Assembly (NCBI GenBank): GCA_963663225.1
Contig: OY760142.1
Span: 2,688,001 to 2,752,000 of the forward strand
DNA: 64,000 nucleotides
Source of the DNA: Nitrospirota bacterium
GTDB taxonomy: Bacteria; Nitrospirota; UBA9217
Direction: 5' to 3'
This document shows positions 58,769 through 64,000 of the stretch, one piece after another (within the stretch, counting starts at the first letter, position 1; each line of letters begins with the position of its first letter). The notes below the pieces were generated by a model that saw only the letters and a program-made list of their open reading frames with translations, was not told the DNA's origin and did not search any database. A program made the position numbers and the translations under genes.

Positions 58769-59033
58769 ATGCAGCCGATTCCGGATGACATCCTGAGCCG
58801 ATTTAATGCACTCATGGATCAGAAGTCCGTTCCTGTTGGGTTGCGCGATGAATATCGAAAATGGCTCAAGTATTATCTGGATTTTCGGGTTAAGTATCCT
58901 CCGCCAGACAAGAAATCCGAGCAGGTTCGCCTTTTTATTGATAAGATGCGGTCAAGATGTAAGGATGATGATCTACACGCACTGCGTGCCGAGCAAGACG
59001 ATCAAAGAATTAAAAAGCCCGCTTGATTTCTGA
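58769..59033 (+). pseudogene. intI: Integron integrase with a large internal deletion
   Basis: AGGAGG RBS; N-terminal ~62 aa (YRKWLKYYLDF) joined out of frame to DVRMMIYTHCVPSKTIKELKSPLDF*, the IntI C-terminal signature; divergent from the attC array. Confidence 0.85.
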
Positions 59034-59048
59034 ACACGGCAGTTGACA

Positions 59049-59891
59049 TCATTTTTTCACAACCAGTGACATCCATTTCCCATCCGGATATTTTTCCAGA
59101 ATCCTGAATCCAGCTTTTTTCATTGCTTCTATCACTTCATCATTTTGTTCCGCGAGTATTCCGGAGAGGAACGCTATTCCATTTTTCTTTACATGGTCGT
59201 AGAGGGCAGGGGCGAGTTCGATAAGAAGTCCTGAGATGAGGTTTGCTGTTATGACATCGTATTCATTGTGCGTGTCCGCAAGGGTGCCGCACATGATCTC
59301 AATACCGGTTGTACCATTGATCTTGCAGTTTTCCCGTGTTGCATCAACAGCCAGAGGATCATTGTCAATCGCGAGGATGTTTTGATATCCAAGTTTTGAA
59401 GCGGCGATGGCAAGAAGCCCTGTTCCGGTGCCGAGATCGAGAAACGAGTCCTTGCCGGTTTCTTCAGCGTACTTTTCCATGAGCACAAGGCAGGACCGTG
59501 TTGTTTCGTGATGGCCGGTTCCGAAAGCCATTCCCGGATCGATTATCAGATTGATGCGATTGTCCTTCTTTTTTTCCCATGGCGGCAGTATGGCGAAGTG
59601 TTTTCCTACATCAAGAGGCTGGAAACTTTTTTTCCACGATTCATTCCAGTCCTGGTCTTTAATTTCCTTATGCTCAAAGCTCAAGTTCGGCGCATATCCC
59701 GCTTTTTCGAGCAGTTCCTGAAAGAGCGCAAGCCGGCTTTTTATTGTTTTAATATCAATGGTTTCAGGAAAGTACGCAGTGATGCTGCCACTGTTTTCGA
59801 TTACTCCAAGGCAGCCCGCTTCGGTCAGAGATGTGATAAGGTGTTCCTGAAATGGTGCTGCTATACTGATTACAAGCTCATGATATGTCAT
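59049..59891 (-). CDS. prmA: Ribosomal protein L11 methyltransferase
   Basis: DPGMAFGTGHHETT and LDLGTGTGLLAI motifs; TTGACA-18-TACAAT upstream. Confidence 0.95.
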   Translation of the reverse strand: MTYHELVISIAAPFQEHLITSLTEAGCLGVIENSGSITAYFPETIDIKTIKSRLALFQELLEKAGYAPNLSFEHKEIKDQDWNESWKKSFQPLDVGKHFAILPPWEKKKDNRINLIIDPGMAFGTGHHETTRSCLVLMEKYAEETGKDSFLDLGTGTGLLAIAASKLGYQNILAIDNDPLAVDATRENCKINGTTGIEIMCGTLADTHNEYDVITANLISGLLIELAPALYDHVKKNGIAFLSGILAEQNDEVIEAMKKAGFRILEKYPDGKWMSLVVKK

Positions 59892-60082
59892 GCTGAAGAA
59901 ATCCTTTCGTTTATCGTCAGGAAGCATTGTAACCGCGCAGGTGAAAGGGTGTCAACCAGGATTGTGCATATCTGGAATTTTTTTCGGAAAATTTGTTTTT
60001 TACCTTGACAAGTCCACATGTTACGTGTTATTTTATGCGCTCTAAATAACTGGGTCCGTTGATTCATGAAGGAGGTTTCAGC

Positions 60083-60394
60083 ATGTACGCAGTAATTACT
60101 ACCGGTGGAAAACAGTACAAGGTTTCACCCGGTGATGTGGTCAGGGTGGAGAGCCTTGAGGCAAAAAAGGGTGACACGATCGAGATCAAAGACGTTTACA
60201 TGATCGCAGACGGCGACAAGGTGTCTGTCGGCAAGCCCACGCTCAAGACCGCAAAGGTCACGGCAGAGGTCGTGGAAGAAGGCAGAGGCGAAAAGCTGCT
60301 CATCTTCAAGCACCGCCGCCGCAAAGGTTTTCGCAGAACAAACGGCCATCGTCAGAACTATACGGCGATCAAGGTGAAGGAAATAACCGCGTAA
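60083..60394 (+). CDS. rplU: 50S ribosomal protein L21
   Basis: MYAVI-x-TGGKQYKV and GHRQ-x-YT motifs. Confidence 0.98.
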   Translation: MYAVITTGGKQYKVSPGDVVRVESLEAKKGDTIEIKDVYMIADGDKVSVGKPTLKTAKVTAEVVEEGRGEKLLIFKHRRRKGFRRTNGHRQNYTAIKVKEITA

Positions 60395-60480
60395 GTAAAA
60401 CAATGCTGCTGAAAGGCATGGATCAAATTTTCATCGGATCGGGCGCGGCAGCATGTGATTAAGTTTTTGGAGGAATTACC

Positions 60481-60738
60481 ATGGCACATAAAAAAGGCGT
60501 CGGCAGTTCGAGAAACGGAAGAGACAGCAATCCGCAGTTTCTGGGCGTAAAACGGTTTGATGGCGAGCAGGTGCATGCCGGGACCATCATTGTCCGTCAG
60601 CGCGGGACCAGGTTCCACCCGGGAACGAACGTGGGCAAGGGGTGCGATGATACGCTCTTTGCGAAGATCAACGGAGTGGTAAAGTTTGAGCGCTATGACA
60701 AGAAGCGCAAGCAGGTGAGCGTGTACGCAGTGGCGTAA
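60481..60738 (+). CDS. rpmA: 50S ribosomal protein L27
   Basis: MAHKKG[10 protein letters not shown] and RQRGT motifs. Confidence 0.98.
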   Translation: MAHKKGVGSSRNGRDSNPQFLGVKRFDGEQVHAGTIIVRQRGTRFHPGTNVGKGCDDTLFAKINGVVKFERYDKKRKQVSVYAVA

Positions 60739-60762
60739 ACGGTTCAAACAGGATCGATCACG

Positions 60763-60794
60763 AAGGCGGCATGATTCTCCATGCCGCCTTTTTT
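60763..60794 (+). terminator. Rho-independent terminator
   Basis: AAGGCGGCATG-attctc-CATGCCGCCTTTTTT. Confidence 0.9.
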
Positions 60795-60914
60795 GTTTTC
60801 TGTCATTCAAACTTGCATTTTTACCGGTATGACTGTATAGTTTATTGAAAATATTATCTAAAATATCTTTAGTGGCAATTCAGGCGCGTTGCTGGAAATG
60901 GAACAGAGTGCTTC

Positions 60915-61967
60915 ATGTCAAATTTTATTGATCGGGTCAAAATTTTAGTAAAAGCGGGGCACGGCGGCAGGGGTTGCGTCAGTTTTCGCCGGGAGGCGTA
61001 CGTGCCGCGCGGCGGCCCGAACGGCGGCGACGGCGGCAAGGGCGGCGATGTGATCATCAGGGCTGATAAACAGCTCGGCACCCTGATTGATCTCAAATAC
61101 CAGCAGCAGTACCGCGCCCATGACGGGGAGCACGGCCGCGGCAAGGAGCAGTTCGGCGCGGACGCGGATGACGTTATTGTTCGCGTTCCTGTTGGCACGA
61201 TCGTGACCGACGCGGAAACCCGGACGCTGATTGTCGACCTCGACACTGACGGAATGGAGTACACGGCAGCGAAAGGCGGCAGGGGCGGAAAAGGGAACGC
61301 TTTTTTCAAGACTGCCACGCACCAGGCGCCCCGATTCGCGCAACCCGGTGAGCCGGGAGAAGAACAGTGGCTGTATCTCGAACTGAAGCTTCTCGCGGAT
61401 GTGGGGCTGGTGGGATTTCCGAACGCCGGCAAATCAACGCTGATATCGCGCATATCCGCGGCAAAGCCGAAGATTGCCGATTACCCCTTCACCACGCTGT
61501 CGCCGGTGCTGGGCGTGGTCAAGCCGGAAGGCAGGCACAGCTTTGTGGTAGCCGACATTCCCGGTCTGATCGAGAACGCGCATAAAGGGGCCGGCCTCGG
61601 CTTTGAGTTTCTGCGGCATGTGGAGCGGACGTCGATCCTTCTGCATATGGTTGACGTGTCCGGCATGGTGCCGGGCGATCCGGTCGATAATTTCAACAAG
61701 ATCAATGCAGAGCTTGAACTCTACAGCAGCGAGTTAAAGAAAAAATACATGGCTGTAGCCGCGACAAAAATTGATGCGGCTGACCAGGAAAGCCTTCAAA
61801 AGCTTCAGGCATATTGTTTTGAAAAGGGGCACGCGTTTTTCCCCATTTCCTCGGTAACAGGACAGGGGATAGAAGCGCTGGCCCATTTCCTTGCTGATCA
61901 GGTTGAAGAAGAAAGGAAAAGCAGAAATCTTCTGCTGGAAGCCCAAAAGAACAAGGCTGCAACCTGA
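60915..61967 (+). CDS. obgE: GTPase ObgE/CgtA
   Basis: Gly-rich Obg domain; GFPNAGKS, YPFTT, DIPG and TKID motifs. Confidence 0.97.
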   Translation: MSNFIDRVKILVKAGHGGRGCVSFRREAYVPRGGPNGGDGGKGGDVIIRADKQLGTLIDLKYQQQYRAHDGEHGRGKEQFGADADDVIVRVPVGTIVTDAETRTLIVDLDTDGMEYTAAKGGRGGKGNAFFKTATHQAPRFAQPGEPGEEQWLYLELKLLADVGLVGFPNAGKSTLISRISAAKPKIADYPFTTLSPVLGVVKPEGRHSFVVADIPGLIENAHKGAGLGFEFLRHVERTSILLHMVDVSGMVPGDPVDNFNKINAELELYSSELKKKYMAVAATKIDAADQESLQKLQAYCFEKGHAFFPISSVTGQGIEALAHFLADQVEEERKSRNLLLEAQKNKAAT

Positions 61968-61996
61968 CAAACAGTTGTGCACGGGTGAAACCATCG

Positions 61997-63139
61997 ATGA
62001 AGAATATTTCGATAAACAGAAAAAGCATATTTTCCAAATCCCGCAGAGTTGTCGTAAAAGTCGGGAGCGCGGTGCTTACTTCGTCCGGACAGGGGCTTGA
62101 CCAGAACCGTATCGATGACCTCGCAGCTGATATTTCGGCATTGATGAACAAGGGACACGAAGTGATTCTCGTTTCTTCCGGCGCCATTGCGGCAGGGCTC
62201 GCGAAACTCGGACTAAAAAAAACCAAAGGCATGGCCCTTTCGCTCAAGCAGGCCGCGGCGGCAATCGGCCAGTCCGGCCTCATGTGGATCTATGAAAAAA
62301 CCTTTGCCGTGCACGGCCGGAAGGTGGCCCAGGTTCTGCTTACCCGGGATGATCTTTCGAACCGCACGCGCTTTTTGAACGCCCGCAACACGCTCCAAAC
62401 CCTGCTCAGCTACGGTGTGGTGCCGATCATCAATGAAAACGACACGGTTTCCGTCGATGAAATAAAGTTCGGCGACAACGACAACCTCTCCGGAATGGTT
62501 GCCCATCTGGCCGATGCAGACATGCTCGTGATCGTTTCGGATGTCGAGGGGCTGTATACCGGCGATCCCCGGCTGGACCCTTCGGCAAAGCTGATTCCCC
62601 TGGTCGAAAAAATAACGCCGGACATGGAGCGTGCGGCCGGAGACGCGCAGACTGCCGTGGGGCTGGGAGGCATGCGCTCGAAAATTACGACCGCCAAGAA
62701 AGTGTCCGCCTACGGCGCGTACATGGCTATCGTAAACGGCAGAAAACGCAATGTGCTGCAGGCGTTGTTCGACGGCGGCGATTTGGGTACATTGTTTCTT
62801 CCCAAGGCGAAAAAACAGGACAGTCGCAAACACTGGATTGCATATACCGTAAAGTGCAGCGGACGGCTCATCGTGGATGACGGCTGCCGAGATGCGCTCA
62901 TGAACAAGGGCAAGAGCCTTCTGCCGGGTGGCATCGTGAAGGTGGAGGGTGTTTTTAAAGTCGGCGACTGTGTCAATTGCACGGACCGGGGCGGCCGCAC
63001 CTTTGCGCGCGGACTGGTTAAATATACTGCAAGCGAGCTTGACCTGATTAAAGGGTTGAAAACGTCCCAGATTGAATCGGTTCTCGGTCACAAGGATTAT
63101 GATGAAGTCATTCATCGGGACGATATGGTGATATTGTAG
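61997..63139 (+). CDS. proB: Glutamate 5-kinase
   Basis: VVKVGS, SSGAI, NENDTV and GDNDNL motifs; PUA domain. Confidence 0.96.
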   Translation: MKNISINRKSIFSKSRRVVVKVGSAVLTSSGQGLDQNRIDDLAADISALMNKGHEVILVSSGAIAAGLAKLGLKKTKGMALSLKQAAAAIGQSGLMWIYEKTFAVHGRKVAQVLLTRDDLSNRTRFLNARNTLQTLLSYGVVPIINENDTVSVDEIKFGDNDNLSGMVAHLADADMLVIVSDVEGLYTGDPRLDPSAKLIPLVEKITPDMERAAGDAQTAVGLGGMRSKITTAKKVSAYGAYMAIVNGRKRNVLQALFDGGDLGTLFLPKAKKQDSRKHWIAYTVKCSGRLIVDDGCRDALMNKGKSLLPGGIVKVEGVFKVGDCVNCTDRGGRTFARGLVKYTASELDLIKGLKTSQIESVLGHKDYDEVIHRDDMVIL

Positions 63140-63173
63140 CCTCAGTATTTTCTTTGGTTGCTACGGAGGTCTC

Positions 63174-64000
63174 ATGGATATAATGCACTCTGTCGCGGAA
63201 AAGGTGAAAAAAGCCAAAGCCGCTGCACGGGCACTGGCAAACGTGTCGACAGCAGTCAAGAACGATGCTCTGCTCGGGATGGCGGGAGAACTTGAAAAAG
63301 AATCGTCGAATCTGATCGCAGAAAACAAAAAAGACCTTGCAGCCGCGGAGCAGAAGGGGCTGTCAAAAGCCATGATCGACCGCCTGACCCTGAACCGTGA
63401 CCGCATAGCGGCCATGGCAGTGGGTCTGCGTGAGGTGGCAGCGCTGCCTGATCCTGTCGGCGAAGTGCTCAAGATGTGGCGCAGGCCGAACGGCATCCAG
63501 ATCGGTCGGATGCGCGTTCCCATAGGCCTCATCGGTATCATCTATGAATCGCGCCCCAATGTGACCGCTGATTCCGCGGCTCTCTGCCTTAAATCGGGCA
63601 ACGCGGTCATTTTGCGCGGAGGATCGGAGGCAATCTGCTCCAATACTGCCATAGCCGCTGTTCTGTCAAAAGCCGCGTCACAAGCTGCCCTGCCTGACGG
63701 GGCCATATCCTTTATCGAGAATCCGGACCGGGCATGCGTGATGGAAATGCTGAAGCTCAATCAGTATATCGATCTGATCATTCCGCGCGGCGGAGAGGAA
63801 TTGATCCGTATGGTGTCGGAAAACTCCACAATTCCCGTGATCAAGCATGACAAGGGAATTTGCCATGTGTATGTTGACGCCAAAGCCGACCTTGCCATGG
63901 CGGAAGAGATTTGTTTCAATGCCAAGGTGCAGCGGCCGGGGACCTGCAACGCCATGGAGACCATGCTCGTGCATCAGGATGTCGCTGCTGCCTTTTTGCC
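63174..64000 (+). CDS. proA: Gamma-glutamyl phosphate reductase, 3' end outside the window (absent from the ORF track)
   Basis: GGAGG RBS; IIYESRPNVT, LKSGNAVILRGG, IPRGG and CNAMETMLVH motifs; frame open to the window end. Confidence 0.95.
   Translation, partial: MDIMHSVAEKVKKAKAAARALANVSTAVKNDALLGMAGELEKESSNLIAENKKDLAAAEQKGLSKAMIDRLTLNRDRIAAMAVGLREVAALPDPVGEVLKMWRRPNGIQIGRMRVPIGLIGIIYESRPNVTADSAALCLKSGNAVILRGGSEAICSNTAIAAVLSKAASQAALPDGAISFIENPDRACVMEMLKLNQYIDLIIPRGGEELIRMVSENSTIPVIKHDKGICHVYVDAKADLAMAEEICFNAKVQRPGTCNAMETMLVHQDVAAAFL

Noticed and set aside
62213-63115. Long antisense ORFs (here, 30967-31764, 41589-42194 and others)
   Set aside because: Shadow frames of well-supported genes on the opposite strand

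Overview
Bacterial chromosomal window; the gene set suggests an anaerobic diderm such as Nitrospirota or Desulfobacterota (inference only). 1-37.8 kb is mostly housekeeping: RND and MacAB-type efflux, htrA, addAB/trxA, tRNA-Gly(CCC), cobS/cobC-like genes, a TPP-riboswitch thi operon, rph, purD/purE, PIN-PhoH and a VKOR-ResB-CcsA cytochrome c maturation cluster. 59-64 kb is prmA, rplU-rpmA-obgE-proB-proA. Between them lies a ~21 kb accessory tract (37.8-59.0 kb) in which every gene except the integrase remnant is on the minus strand. Its right end is an integron: an internally deleted integron integrase, an attI with a Pc-like promoter, and six small cassette ORFs with five intact attC sites. 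Further left, progressively eroded attC-like remnants sit after many larger genes, which suggests a 'fossil' cassette array. The far end of the tract holds a response-regulator receiver fused to LpxC with intact catalytic motifs, next to a soluble Cys-rich histidine kinase. This pair is a candidate for direct phospho-control of lipid A synthesis. All family assignments come from motifs read by eye; no database searches or folding computations were run.
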